From the NCBI GenBank assembly GCA_021774335.1, contig JAJFJD010000005.1, positions 17,632 to 81,631 of the forward strand: 64,000 nt of DNA, read 5' to 3'. The first letter of the stretch is position 1, and the number at the start of each line of letters is the position of its first letter. Below the pieces are notes generated by a model, which saw nothing but the letters and a program-made list of their open reading frames with translations, made no database searches and had not been told where the DNA came from. The translations under genes and the position numbers were made by a program. Origin of the DNA: Alphaproteobacteria bacterium (lineage in GTDB: Bacteria > Pseudomonadota > Alphaproteobacteria > UBA8366). Below are positions 33,275 to 43,536 of this stretch, one piece after another.

Positions 33275-34087
33275 CTAGGCTGCCCCTTCCCATACCCTCG
33301 GCCAGAGGTCGCTGTCCAGTGCGGCACCGGCCGGCATGCCAGGTTCCCACAACATCTGTTGGATTTTCGGCCGCGGATCGTAGACCACATCGTCGCCGCC
33401 CCAACGGGTGACATAGGCGCGCCGCCGCCGGTCCTTGCGCGTGTTGCCGCCGGCGGCATGCACCAGCAGTCCGTGATGCACGGTGCAGTCGCCCGGCTCG
33501 TAATCGAAGCGCGTGAAGTCCAGCTCGTCGCGCATGGCGTCGATGTCGGGAACGGGCGGCTCGCCGGTCTTGTATTTGTCCGGATCGACGAAGGCGACCG
33601 GACGATACCGCTTGCCCCATTTATGCGAGCCCTTCACGAACTCCATCGAGCCCGAGTCCTGAGTCACCGCATCGAGCGCCAGCCACAGCGTCGCCACCTG
33701 CCGCCCCTTGATCGGCCAATAGGTCAGGTCGTGGTGCCAGACGGTCGGCTCGTCCGTCTCCGGCTCCTTGATTAGGAATTGGTCGAAGACGATATTGATC
33801 TTCGCCGACTGCATGACCTGCCCGGCAATGGCGGCGGCCGGCGACTCATAGATAAAGTCGCGAAAGCCGTCATGCTGGTGCCATAGAAAGGTATCGCTGA
33901 AAAACCGGCCGTCCTCGCGCGCCAATTCGTGGGACAACTTCCCCGGATTGGCCAGCACGTGATCCGCCCGTTCCCGCAGCATCTCGACCCAATCGGCGGC
34001 GAACAGCCCTTTCAAGTGAACAACACCGTCTTCATCGAAGGCGCGAATCTCGTCGTCGGTGATGTTGCGGATGGGGCCGGTGGGCAT
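33275..34087 (-). CDS. Phytanoyl-CoA dioxygenase (PhyH) family protein
   Basis: GAGGAGA SD before M7. WHHDLTYWP (HxD) and TVHHGLLVHAAGGN (distal His) are typical of the PhyH Fe/2OG fold. Confidence 0.85.
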   Translation of the reverse strand: MPTGPIRNITDDEIRAFDEDGVVHLKGLFAADWVEMLRERADHVLANPGKLSHELAREDGRFFSDTFLWHQHDGFRDFIYESPAAAIAGQVMQSAKINIVFDQFLIKEPETDEPTVWHHDLTYWPIKGRQVATLWLALDAVTQDSGSMEFVKGSHKWGKRYRPVAFVDPDKYKTGEPPVPDIDAMRDELDFTRFDYEPGDCTVHHGLLVHAAGGNTRKDRRRRAYVTRWGGDDVVYDPRPKIQQMLWEPGMPAGAALDSDLWPRVWEGAA

Positions 34088-34221
34088 CGATGTTCTCCTC
34101 GTCACGGTGGGGCTCGGCGGCCGGTTATGCGCCGTCCGCGTGCCCGCATGGTAACAACGAAGTGCAATATCATGTCAAATGCGATAATATGATATTGAAT
34201 ATCAAATAAATTGAACTTCAG

Positions 34222-35106
34222 ATGAATCTTCAACAACTTGAGACATTTCTGGAGATCGCGCGCCTGGGCAGTGTGAGCAAGGCCGCCGAGCATCTCAACG
34301 CGACCCAGTCGGCGGTGTCGATGCGGCTTACCGATCTCGAGCGTGAACTCGGTGTCGCGCTGGTCGACCGCCGCCATCGCCCCTACCGGTTGACCGCAAA
34401 GGGCCGCGACCTGGCCGGTCATGCTGAGGAGGTGGTGGCACTGACGCGGCAGATCCACCGCAGCATCGGCGATCCGGCGCGGTTGTCGGGATCGGTCCGG
34501 GTCGGTGTGGCGGAGCATATCGCGCTGACATGGTTGCCAGACATGGTCGCGGCGCTCAACCAGCGGCACCCGGAAGCGATTGTCGAACTCGAGATCGGCT
34601 TGCTTGATGAGATGATGCAGCAAATCCGCACCGGCGATATCGACGTGTTGCTCACCGCGTCGTTGGACTCGCCCGATCCGGCCTTTTCGTATCGACCACT
34701 CGGCAATGTAACTTTCGCGTGGATGGCGAGCCCCGGTATGGGCGTTCCTGCTGCGCCGCTGTCGCCGGCCGACCTCGCGCAATGGCCTTTGATCACGATG
34801 ACCCGCTCGTCGGTGCTGCATCGGTTGATGGAAAACTGGTTCGGCGCGGGCGGTGTTCGTCCGAAACGGGTCAACGCCTGCAACAGTCTGAGTGTCTGCG
34901 CCGGCCTGACGCGGGCGGGGCTGGGCGTGGGGCTGTTGCCGCGCGCGTATCGGGCTGCCGATGGCGACGATACGGGTCTGGTAGAATTATCCGTTCTGCC
35001 CGCGATCGCGCCGACACCCTTCTACGCCATGCATGCGGCATTTTCCGCCCCGCCGCTCGCCGGCATTGCGGCAGACCTCGCGGTCTCCGCGTCGACCTTC
35101 GATTAG
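34222..35106 (+). CDS. LysR-family transcriptional regulator
   Basis: N-terminal HTH MNLQQLETFLEIARLGSVSKAAEHLNATQSAVSMRLTDLE. Divergent from the PhyH/CoA-transferase genes. Confidence 0.9.
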   Translation: MNLQQLETFLEIARLGSVSKAAEHLNATQSAVSMRLTDLERELGVALVDRRHRPYRLTAKGRDLAGHAEEVVALTRQIHRSIGDPARLSGSVRVGVAEHIALTWLPDMVAALNQRHPEAIVELEIGLLDEMMQQIRTGDIDVLLTASLDSPDPAFSYRPLGNVTFAWMASPGMGVPAAPLSPADLAQWPLITMTRSSVLHRLMENWFGAGGVRPKRVNACNSLSVCAGLTRAGLGVGLLPRAYRAADGDDTGLVELSVLPAIAPTPFYAMHAAFSAPPLAGIAADLAVSASTFD

Positions 35107-35137
35107 CGTGGACCTGTGGTCGGGACGCCTGCGAGGT

Positions 35138-35578
35138 TTAGATCACATCGATGCATTTCAGGTAATTCATTAGGTCGGGCTCGGACAGGCCGGCGATTTC
35201 CTTTGCATGTTCCTGGACCAATGCCGATTGGATTCGTTTGGAGAATGCGGACCGCAGGTCACCAAGCGCCGTTGGCGGGGCAATAACGATCAGGCGGGAA
35301 AAGTCGCCGCTGCGGCAGGACCGGTCCAGCCGATCGGCCATCTCGTGCAGGAACTTGCTCTTGCCCAGCCGATGGGCGTCTTGCCGCGGTTCCTTCGCAT
35401 GCCTTCCGGGTCCGGCGCGGTCGAAGGTGCGGCCGGGCCGGTCGGCGGCGATATCGCGGGACGGCAGCAACTCCGAACCGTAGTCACCCATGAAATCGGC
35501 GCGGCCTTTTCCTGCCACCTCGAAAATGCGTGCGCGCTGGCCGTCACAGACCAGCACCCAAGTTATCGGCTTTGGCAT
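35138..35578 (-). CDS. Host-attachment family protein (PF10116-like)
   Basis: TWVLVCDGQRARIF....DRPGRTFDRAGPGRHA......FLHEMADRLD....FSRLIVIAPPTALGDLR matches the family. Start moved to M29. Confidence 0.75.
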   Translation of the reverse strand: MPKPITWVLVCDGQRARIFEVAGKGRADFMGDYGSELLPSRDIAADRPGRTFDRAGPGRHAKEPRQDAHRLGKSKFLHEMADRLDRSCRSGDFSRLIVIAPPTALGDLRSAFSKRIQSALVQEHAKEIAGLSEPDLMNYLKCIDVI

Positions 35579-35707
35579 TCGTTGAATCCGCCCTGGCTCT
35601 CTCTCGTAGGTCCGCACACCCACACTCAACGGCCAATCCGCGTAAAGATTGCCGGGCGGCACGGTCTTCCCCCGAGAGCCCTCTAGCCGAATCGGCGCGG
35701 TTCGTCT

Positions 35708-35721
35708 TTGATCTAGATCAA
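35708..35721. promoter_or_regulatory. Perfect, fully palindromic FNR/FixK box TTGATctagATCAA
   Basis: Exact consensus. Intergenic, centred about 136 nt upstream of the minus-strand ATG at 35578 and about 211 nt upstream of 35926. Confidence 0.55.
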
Positions 35722-35925
35722 TTAATGGTCGAAGATTGTGTTTGGGCTATCGAACGCTCGGCCGACCCGAAAGGCGTGGCTTTGCCAGCCGTCTGAAGCG
35801 CGATGGTTGATTCTCCATCACTCCCTCGCCACTGTGATGCGGCGATTTTACTTCCCGCAATCCGGTCGGGAAGGTCCAATCGACTTTCGAACCAGTGCCA
35901 TTGAGTCTGTATGCAAGGGATTAGG

Positions 35926-36849
35926 ATGCGCGTTGCGATGATGGGAAGCGGTGGTGTGGGTGGCTACTACGGTGGACGGCTTGCCGCCAGCGGCGTTGAT
36001 GTGACTTTCATCGCGCGCGGCCGTCACCTGGATGCGATTCGCAAACATGGGCTGAAAATCGCGAGCCGCAATATGGACGATGCGCATGTGATTCCAGCGC
36101 AAGCCGAGGAGGACCCAGCGGACGTCGGCGCCGTCGACTATGTGATCGTCGCCGTCAAGTTATGGGACACGGCGGAAACCGGTGATCTGATCCGGCCGCT
36201 GCTCGGTCCCGACACGACGGTGCTCTCCCTGCAGAACGGCGTGGAGGGTGACGATATCCTTGCGGCCAAGGTCGGCGCCGACCGAATGATCGGTGGGGTC
36301 GCGTTCATCGCCAGTTCGATCGGCGAGCCCGGCATCATCAGCCATATCGGCACGATGCAGCGCATCGTGATCGGTGAGCGGGCGGGCGGCGGTTCACCGC
36401 GGATCGCCGCATTGCATGATGCGATGCTGCGCGCAGGTATCGATACGGAAACCAGCGAAGATATCGAACGGACGATTTGGGAGAAGTTTGTTTTCCTTGT
36501 TGGGCTCAGTGCGACGACCACACTGATGCGCACGACGCTCGGCCCGATCCGGGAGGACCCGGCGAGCCGCCGGTTCCTGCACGACGTGATGCGCGAGACC
36601 GTAGAAGTGGGTCGCGCCAAAGGAGTCGATCTGCCGGCGGATTACGCCGATGACCGTCTCGTGTTCGCGGATGGCCTTCCCTTCGATATGACGTCGTCGA
36701 TGCATCACGATCTCGAGCGCGGCAATCCCATCGAAGCGGCATGGCTGAGCGGTGCTGTCGCTCGGTTTGGCGACGCACTGAAGGTGCCGACACCGGTTAA
36801 CCGCACGGTGTTCGCCGCGTTAAAACCACATGCGGCGCCAGGGCCATGA
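35926..36849 (+). CDS. Ketopantoate reductase (ApbA/PanE) family oxidoreductase
   Basis: MRVAMMGSGGVGGYYGGRLA Rossmann N-terminus, LQNGV, and SSMHHDLERGNPIE. Start moved to M6. Confidence 0.85.
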   Translation: MRVAMMGSGGVGGYYGGRLAASGVDVTFIARGRHLDAIRKHGLKIASRNMDDAHVIPAQAEEDPADVGAVDYVIVAVKLWDTAETGDLIRPLLGPDTTVLSLQNGVEGDDILAAKVGADRMIGGVAFIASSIGEPGIISHIGTMQRIVIGERAGGGSPRIAALHDAMLRAGIDTETSEDIERTIWEKFVFLVGLSATTTLMRTTLGPIREDPASRRFLHDVMRETVEVGRAKGVDLPADYADDRLVFADGLPFDMTSSMHHDLERGNPIEAAWLSGAVARFGDALKVPTPVNRTVFAALKPHAAPGP

Positions 36850-37940
36850 ATCACCCGCCGCTTACGGTTCGCGCGCTTCGCTGCCGCATCGTGCAAGCGC
36901 CGATGAAGCGGCCGCTCGGCACCAGCGTCGCCCGGATGGCGTTCGCGCCGTTCCTGCTGCTGGATTTGCAGACGGAAGAGGGGGTCACGGGCCGGGCGCA
37001 TGCCTTCTGTTACATGGAATTATCGGCGCCGGCGATGCGTCGGGTGCTGGAGACAGCGGCGGAACTGATCGAAGGGCGTGCTGTGGATCCTGCGGCCATC
37101 GGACAGGTTTGCCGCAACCGCTTCATGCTGCTCGGCACACAAGGCATTGTCGGCATGGCATTGTCGGCATTGGACGTCGCGTGCTGGGATGCGGTGGCGC
37201 AGGCGGCGGGACAGCCGCTTGCCCGCTATCTCGGCGGTACCGTTACCGCGGTCCCAGCCTATAACAGTAATGGACTGGGGTTGGCGCATCCGGACACGTT
37301 GGGCGAAGAAGCCGAGGCATTGCGGCGTGAAGGGTTCGATGCAGTGAAGGTTAGGCTGGGCCGCGCCGATCCGAAGGAAGATTTGCGCGCCGTGCGGGCA
37401 GTCCGCGCCACGATGCCCGATACGTCGCCTCTCATGGCGGATTACAATCAGGCGCTCAGCGCGGAGGATGCGCTTCAGCGCGGTGCGGCGTTGGATGGCG
37501 AGGGGCTGTACTGGATTGAGGAGCCGCTTGCCCACGATGATTTCCGGGGCAGCGCCGCGCTTGCCGCCGCGATCGAAACACCGGTACAGATCGGCGAAAA
37601 CTTTACCGGACCCGACGTGCTGGCAACGGCCATCGACTGTTCAGCAAGCGATTACGTCATGCCGGACCTGATGCGCATCGGTGGGGTGAGTGGATGGTTG
37701 CGCGCCTCGGCATTTGCCGCAGCCGCCGGTGTCCCAATGTCGTCGCATCTCTATCCCGAAGTCAGTGTCCATCTTCTGGCCGCCACGCCGACGGCGCATT
37801 GGCTCGAATATATGGACTGGGCCGAACCGTTTCTCACGGCCGGCGTGACGATATCGGACGGCCGGGCACAGGTCCCCGATAGGCCCGGCACCGGCGTCGA
37901 CTGGGATGAAGACGCGGTCGACCGATTTGCACTGCCGTAG
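36846..37940 (+). CDS. Mandelate racemase/muconate lactonizing enzyme (enolase superfamily)
   Basis: ATGA overlap with the upstream stop. KVRLG, MADYNQA, YWIEEP and DLMRIGG are metal-ligand/catalytic-region motifs. Confidence 0.85.
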   Translation: MNHPPLTVRALRCRIVQAPMKRPLGTSVARMAFAPFLLLDLQTEEGVTGRAHAFCYMELSAPAMRRVLETAAELIEGRAVDPAAIGQVCRNRFMLLGTQGIVGMALSALDVACWDAVAQAAGQPLARYLGGTVTAVPAYNSNGLGLAHPDTLGEEAEALRREGFDAVKVRLGRADPKEDLRAVRAVRATMPDTSPLMADYNQALSAEDALQRGAALDGEGLYWIEEPLAHDDFRGSAALAAAIETPVQIGENFTGPDVLATAIDCSASDYVMPDLMRIGGVSGWLRASAFAAAAGVPMSSHLYPEVSVHLLAATPTAHWLEYMDWAEPFLTAGVTISDGRAQVPDRPGTGVDWDEDAVDRFALP

Positions 37941-37953
37941 GGTGCCGGACGGC

Positions 37954-40900
37954 TTAGGTCGTTCTTTCTGAATTCTGGTCTGACGAACCGCGCAATGACG
38001 CGATCCAGCGGCAGACCACATAGAACACCGGGGTGAACAGCAGCCCGAAAATCGTGACGCCCAACATGCCCGAAAACACAGCCGTTCCGAGGGCGCGGCG
38101 CATCTCGGCACCGGCGCCGGTTGCGATGGCCAGCGGCAGAACACCCAGGATAAAGGCAAGCGCCGTCATGAGGATCGGCCGCAGGCGCACGCGTGCAGCC
38201 TCGACCGCGGCGTCGATCCGGCTCATACCTTCTTCTTCCGCCTGTTTGGCGAATTCGACGATCAGAATCGCATTCTTTGCGGCGAGGGCGATCAAGACAA
38301 CGAAACCGATCTGCACCAGAATATTGCTTTCGATCCCGCGAAGGCCGATGCCCACAAGGGCTGCAAGCAGGCACATGGGCACGATCAAAATGACCGCGAG
38401 CGGCAGCAGCCAGCTTTCATACATCGCCGCCAATAATAGAAAGACGAAGACCACGGCGAGTCCGAACGCGGCGATCGCCGTATCCCCGGCAAGTTTTTCC
38501 TGCAACGCCAGCTCCGTCCATTCGATGTCGAAACCATCGGGCAGGACATTCTCGGCCAAGGCCTCCACCTTTTCGATGGCATCGCCGGTGGAAACGCCGG
38601 GTGCCGTAGCGCCGATCACTTCCGTGGCCGGATAGAGATTGTAGCGCGGCACCCGATGCGGACCCGTGATGTCGCGGAACGTGGCAACCGATCCTAGCGG
38701 CACCATCGCGCCGGTCGTCGACCGGGCGCGCAGCTTGGCGATATCCCCGGGATCGTCACGGTAAGGACCGTCGGCTTGGGCGGTCACGCGGTATGTACGG
38801 CCCAGGAAGTTGAAGTCGTTGATATAAACCGAGCCGATGAACACCTCGAGCGCTTCAAGCACGCGGTCGGCGGGCACATCCAGGATTTCGGCGCGCGTGC
38901 GGTCGATATCCGCATAGATCTTGGGCGTCGCCGTATTAAACAACGTAAAGACGCGGGTCAGGCTTGGATCCTGATTTGCGGCCTGGATCAGCTCGCCGGT
39001 GGCCGCCTCAAGGGCACCGATACCGCGGCCGCGGCGATCCTGCACATACAGCTTCCAGCCGCCGCTGTTGCCGATCCCGCGGACCGGCGGTGGCGCCACG
39101 ATGAAGATGAAGGCTTCTTGAATCTGAAACAGGCTGCCCTGGACTTCGCCGAGAATCTTTTGCGCCGTCGCACCGCGTGCGGCCCGGCCTTTGAAATCCT
39201 TCATCGTGAAAAAGATCGCGCCGGTGTTGGGCGCATTGGTAAAGGTCGCCCCATCGAAACCGGCGAAACCGACAGCATGTTCGACCTCGGGATGTTCGAG
39301 AATCTGGCTCACCGCGCGCTTCACGACGGCGTCGGTGCGCGCCAGGCTGGACCCCGCGGGCAACTGGATGACCGTAATCAGGTATCCTTGGTCCTGATCG
39401 GGGATAAAGCCGGTCGGCGCGGCGCGGAATTGTTGCACCGTCAGGCCGATCAGGCCCGCGTAGACGATCATGACGATCAGGGTCATGCGCACCGCGCGCC
39501 GGGTAAATCCGGCATACCCATTACCCATGCGGCTGAAGGCCCAGTTGAACGCGTCGGCGAATTTGCGGAATGGCCACATGATGGACGAAACCACCGGGTT
39601 TTCTTTGCGCGGTTTGTCGGATTTGTTCAGGAACAAAGCGCATAAGGCCGGTGACAGCGTCAAGGAAACCACTAGCGAGAACATCGTTGCGGTCGCGATG
39701 GTCACCGCGAATTGCCGGTAGAACTGGCCCGAGATGCCCTCGATGAACGCGGTCGGCACGAACACGGCGACCAGCACCAGCGACATTGCAACGAGGGCGG
39801 AGCCGACCTCGTCCATCGTTTTATGGGCTGCTTCCGATGCGCTCATCCCCTTGGCGATATAGCGTTCGACGTTTTCGACGACCACGATGGCGTCATCGAC
39901 GACCACGCCGATCGCCAGCACCAGACCGAACAGGGTCAGGTTGTTGATCGAATAGCCCAATGCCGCCATGACCATGAACGTGCCGACCAGGGAAATCGGG
40001 ATCGCGATGATCGGAATGAAGGCGGCGCGCAGGTTCTGCAGGAATACGACAACGACCAGGACGACGAGGATCACCGCCTCGATCAGGGTCATGTAGACCG
40101 CGTCCACCGACTCTTCGATAAACTCGGTCGGATTATAGACGATGGTGTGCTTGAGGCCGGACGGGAATTCCTCGGCCAGCTCGTTCATTGTTCGTATCAG
40201 TGCGTCGGACGTCTCAAGTGCGTTCGAGCCTGGCCGTTGAAAGATCAGGATCGGCAGGGCCGTCGATTTATCCAGATAGCCGATGGTCGAATAATCCTGC
40301 GACCCCAGCTCGACGCGGGCGATGTCTTTGACCCGCACGGTCGATGTGCCCTCGCCGCGTTTGACGACGATATTGCCGAACGCCTCGGGGGCGATCAGGC
40401 GGCCTTGGGTTTCGACGTTGATCTCGAAGGCGCCGGGATTTGGGACCGGCAACTGGTTGATGATGCCCGAGGCGACTTGAACGTTGTTCTGCTGCAGGGC
40501 GTCGACGACTTCGCCGGGGGTGATGTTGAAGCTTGCCGCGCGTTCCGGATCGAGCCAGATCCGCATGGAATAGGCACGTTCGGCGAATATCCGCGCCTCG
40601 CCGACGCCGTTGATGCGGGCGAGGCGGTCGACGATCTGGGTCCGGCCATAGTTCGAAATATAGAGCTGATCGCGTGAGTCATCGGGCGACAGCAGATGGA
40701 TCACCATCATCAGGTCGGGCGAGCTTTTCTGCACGGTAACGCCGAGGCGCCGCACGGGCTCAGGCAGGCGGGCCTCGGCGATCGCCACCCGGTTCTGGAC
40801 GAGAACCTGTGAGAAATCGAGATCGGTGCCGAGCGCAAAGGTCACGGTCAACGTCAGGCGCCCGTCGCCCGTGGATTCCGAGCGCATGTAGAGCATGTTC

Positions 40901-41124
40901 TCGATGCCGTTGATTTCCTGCTCGATCGGCGTCGCCACGGTATCGGCGATCGTTTCGGCGGAGGCGCCGGGATAGGTCGCCGTGACCTGAATCGTCGGCG
41001 GTGCGACTTCGGGGTACTGAGCGACCGGCAGGCTGAAATAGGAAATCGCACCGAGCAGGGTAATCAGCACCGAGATAACGGTCGCGAAGATCGGATGGTC
41101 GACGAAAAAATGCGTAAAGCGCAT
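37954..41124 (-). CDS. RND efflux transporter permease (HAE1/AcrB-like)
   Basis: 1056 aa. N-terminus MRFTHFFVDHPIFATVISVLITLLG...YPEVAPPTIQV, twelve-TMS architecture, GGAG SD. Confidence 0.95.
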   Translation of the reverse strand: MRFTHFFVDHPIFATVISVLITLLGAISYFSLPVAQYPEVAPPTIQVTATYPGASAETIADTVATPIEQEINGIENMLYMRSESTGDGRLTLTVTFALGTDLDFSQVLVQNRVAIAEARLPEPVRRLGVTVQKSSPDLMMVIHLLSPDDSRDQLYISNYGRTQIVDRLARINGVGEARIFAERAYSMRIWLDPERAASFNITPGEVVDALQQNNVQVASGIINQLPVPNPGAFEINVETQGRLIAPEAFGNIVVKRGEGTSTVRVKDIARVELGSQDYSTIGYLDKSTALPILIFQRPGSNALETSDALIRTMNELAEEFPSGLKHTIVYNPTEFIEESVDAVYMTLIEAVILVVLVVVVFLQNLRAAFIPIIAIPISLVGTFMVMAALGYSINNLTLFGLVLAIGVVVDDAIVVVENVERYIAKGMSASEAAHKTMDEVGSALVAMSLVLVAVFVPTAFIEGISGQFYRQFAVTIATATMFSLVVSLTLSPALCALFLNKSDKPRKENPVVSSIMWPFRKFADAFNWAFSRMGNGYAGFTRRAVRMTLIVMIVYAGLIGLTVQQFRAAPTGFIPDQDQGYLITVIQLPAGSSLARTDAVVKRAVSQILEHPEVEHAVGFAGFDGATFTNAPNTGAIFFTMKDFKGRAARGATAQKILGEVQGSLFQIQEAFIFIVAPPPVRGIGNSGGWKLYVQDRRGRGIGALEAATGELIQAANQDPSLTRVFTLFNTATPKIYADIDRTRAEILDVPADRVLEALEVFIGSVYINDFNFLGRTYRVTAQADGPYRDDPGDIAKLRARSTTGAMVPLGSVATFRDITGPHRVPRYNLYPATEVIGATAPGVSTGDAIEKVEALAENVLPDGFDIEWTELALQEKLAGDTAIAAFGLAVVFVFLLLAAMYESWLLPLAVILIVPMCLLAALVGIGLRGIESNILVQIGFVVLIALAAKNAILIVEFAKQAEEEGMSRIDAAVEAARVRLRPILMTALAFILGVLPLAIATGAGAEMRRALGTAVFSGMLGVTIFGLLFTPVFYVVCRWIASLRGSSDQNSERTT

Positions 41125-41174
41125 GCGCGCGCTCCAATTACCGTGTGAGTTAAAGAATGAAAAGAATAGGAGCC

Positions 41175-42335
41175 CTAACTTCCCGGTGCTTGTTTGACCG
41201 TTCCGTCGGGTTGCAGCTCCGCCTTTTGCGGCACTACCTTGCCGCCGGGGCGGGCGCGCTGGACGCCGCGCACGATGACCATATCGTCCGCGCCGAGTCC
41301 CGAGCGGACGACCCGCAAACCGTTGTGGCGCGGCCCGAGTTTCACGGGTTTCGCGGTGACCATCGCGTCGTCGCCGACGATCAGCACCATCTTCTCGCTT
41401 TGGTCTGAGACCACCGCTTCGTCCGGAATTAGGATCGCGTCATAAGGCGCCGACCCCACCAGGCGTAACCGGCCGAACACGCCGGGCGTCAAAATGCCAT
41501 CCGGATTGTCGAAGATCGCCTTGCCGCGCATCGTCCCGGTTTCCGGCGACAGCTCGTTGTCGACGAAATACATCTGTCCTTCGCGCGACCAGTCGGTCTC
41601 GTCGGCGAGGCGGAGGTAGACCGGGTTCTGTTTTTCGCGGGATGATTCACGCTTCCCCGATAGATCGAGCCGCGTGTATTTGAGGAATTCCGCCTCGGAA
41701 GCGGTAAAGGTGAACAGAATCGGATCGGTTGAGAGCAGGGTGGTCAACAAGGTTGATTGCGCGGTGCCGCCCTCCACCAGATTGCCGACGTCGATCCGGG
41801 CGTCTGATACCCGGCCCTTGAACGATGCCCGGACTTGGGTGAATTCAAGGTTCAGTTCCGCGATACGCACGCGCGCCTTTGCGGACAGGATCTCTGCGCG
41901 GGTGGTTTCCCGAGCGGCGCGGCGCTGGTCGACCGTCTCGCGGGCGATGTTGTTCCGTGAGACCAGCGATTCGGCCCGTTTCAGCTCGCGGACGGCGAGG
42001 TTGAAGGCGGTTTCCGCGCTTTCTACGGCGGCCTTCGCCGCGTCCAACTCTGCTTGGAACGGGCGGGGATCGATGATGAAGAGCACCTGGCCTTTATCGA
42101 CCACTTGTCCTTCGCGGAAGTGGACGGATTCCAAGAAACCGGAAACGCGCGCGCGCACTTCGACCCGCTCAACCGCTTCGAACCGCCCGGTATACTCATC
42201 CCAGTCCGTGATTTGTTTGACCAATGGTTTGGCAACCGTGACCGGCATTGGCCCTCGTTGAGCATGCGCAGGACCACCGGCGAAAAGCAGCGCCCCTAGA
42301 AGTCCGGTTATTGCGGTGCGGAAAAGTTTTTGCAT
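41175..42335 (-). CDS. RND efflux periplasmic adaptor (membrane fusion protein)
   Basis: Signal peptide, biotinyl-lipoyl-like VRARVSGFL...V..GQVLFIIDPRPF, and a coiled-coil hairpin. Immediately upstream of the RND permease. Confidence 0.9.
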   Translation of the reverse strand: MQKLFRTAITGLLGALLFAGGPAHAQRGPMPVTVAKPLVKQITDWDEYTGRFEAVERVEVRARVSGFLESVHFREGQVVDKGQVLFIIDPRPFQAELDAAKAAVESAETAFNLAVRELKRAESLVSRNNIARETVDQRRAARETTRAEILSAKARVRIAELNLEFTQVRASFKGRVSDARIDVGNLVEGGTAQSTLLTTLLSTDPILFTFTASEAEFLKYTRLDLSGKRESSREKQNPVYLRLADETDWSREGQMYFVDNELSPETGTMRGKAIFDNPDGILTPGVFGRLRLVGSAPYDAILIPDEAVVSDQSEKMVLIVGDDAMVTAKPVKLGPRHNGLRVVRSGLGADDMVIVRGVQRARPGGKVVPQKAELQPDGTVKQAPGS

Positions 42336-42607
42336 GATGATATGTGCCCCCGATTTCGCCGTTTTACGCCTAACGGTTGGCGAAGACTACCAAATATCCC
42401 CCGTCGCCGTATCGCATTGCAGCAAAACCGACGATACGTGCGCTATCATGTAAGCCGCCGGTTGGATTTGTCACGGGGTTGCTTTCAGAAAAATCAGTCG
42501 ACGGTTTACGCCGGCCCCGGGTGGCGGGCTGTGAACCGACGCGGCTATTGTCTTGTCGTCAAGTTGTGACAAACTGATTTCAAGGGTGGCTACCGTGCGT
42601 GACATAA

Positions 42608-43528
42608 ATGCGAACATACATCGTCCATAAGTTACTGCACGCCATTGGCGTTGCGCTTGTCGTTTCATTCGTGTCGTTCTTCCTGCTGTTTCATACAGCG
42701 GATCCGGCGTCGACGCTGCTGCCGGAAAACGCCGACGATCAGGACATCGCCCGCTTCGAGGAGCAATACGGTCTCAACCGTCCGCTGCTCATTCAGTATG
42801 GCGACTATATGAGCCGCGTCGTATTCGCCGGTGACTTCGGGGTGTCCTGGGTCGCCAAGGTGCCGGCGGGCGGTCTTATCGGCGCATCCTTGTGGCCGAC
42901 GCTGAAGCTTGCAATCGCTGCCCAGATCCTGGCGACGCTTCTGGCCATTCCCCTTGGTATCATCTCGGCAGTGAAGCGGTATTCGATCGTCGACAACATG
43001 ACGATTCTCATTGTCCTGATCGGACAGGCAATGCCGTTGTTCTGGCTGGGCATCGTACTGATTGTCATATTCGGCGTGTGGCTAAAGTGGCTGCCAGCAT
43101 CCGGCAGCGAGACTTGGCTACACTTGATACTGCCGGCGATCACGTTGGGCTCGTTCATCCTGCCGCTCAACATGCGGCTGGTGCGCTCCGGTATGCTGGA
43201 GGTGTTGAGTCAGGATTATATCCGCACCGCGCGGTCGAAGGGCGTCGAGGAACGGTCCGTGCTGATGCGCCATGCGCTGCGCAATGCGGCTATTCCGCTG
43301 GTGACCGTGTCCGGCATTCAGTTCGGGGCATTGCTCGGCGGCGCGGTGGTGACCGAGACGGTGTTTTCCTGGCCGGGGCTTGGCCGGCTGGCTGTCGAAT
43401 CGATCCAAGTCGGTGATTTCCCCGTGGTTCAGGCGATTGTGATTATCTTTTCCGGCTTTACAATTTTGGCAAATCTCGCCGCCGACGTGGGCGCGGCGTG
43501 GATCGATCCACGCATTCGGTTCGAATAG
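42608..43528 (+). CDS. ABC transporter permease (DppB/OppB type)
   Basis: MRTYIVHKLLHAIGVALVVSFVSFFLL N-terminus and the EAA-like loop YIRTARSKGVEERSVLMRHALRNA. Confidence 0.9.
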   Translation: MRTYIVHKLLHAIGVALVVSFVSFFLLFHTADPASTLLPENADDQDIARFEEQYGLNRPLLIQYGDYMSRVVFAGDFGVSWVAKVPAGGLIGASLWPTLKLAIAAQILATLLAIPLGIISAVKRYSIVDNMTILIVLIGQAMPLFWLGIVLIVIFGVWLKWLPASGSETWLHLILPAITLGSFILPLNMRLVRSGMLEVLSQDYIRTARSKGVEERSVLMRHALRNAAIPLVTVSGIQFGALLGGAVVTETVFSWPGLGRLAVESIQVGDFPVVQAIVIIFSGFTILANLAADVGAAWIDPRIRFE

Positions 43529-43536
43529 GGCAAGCG

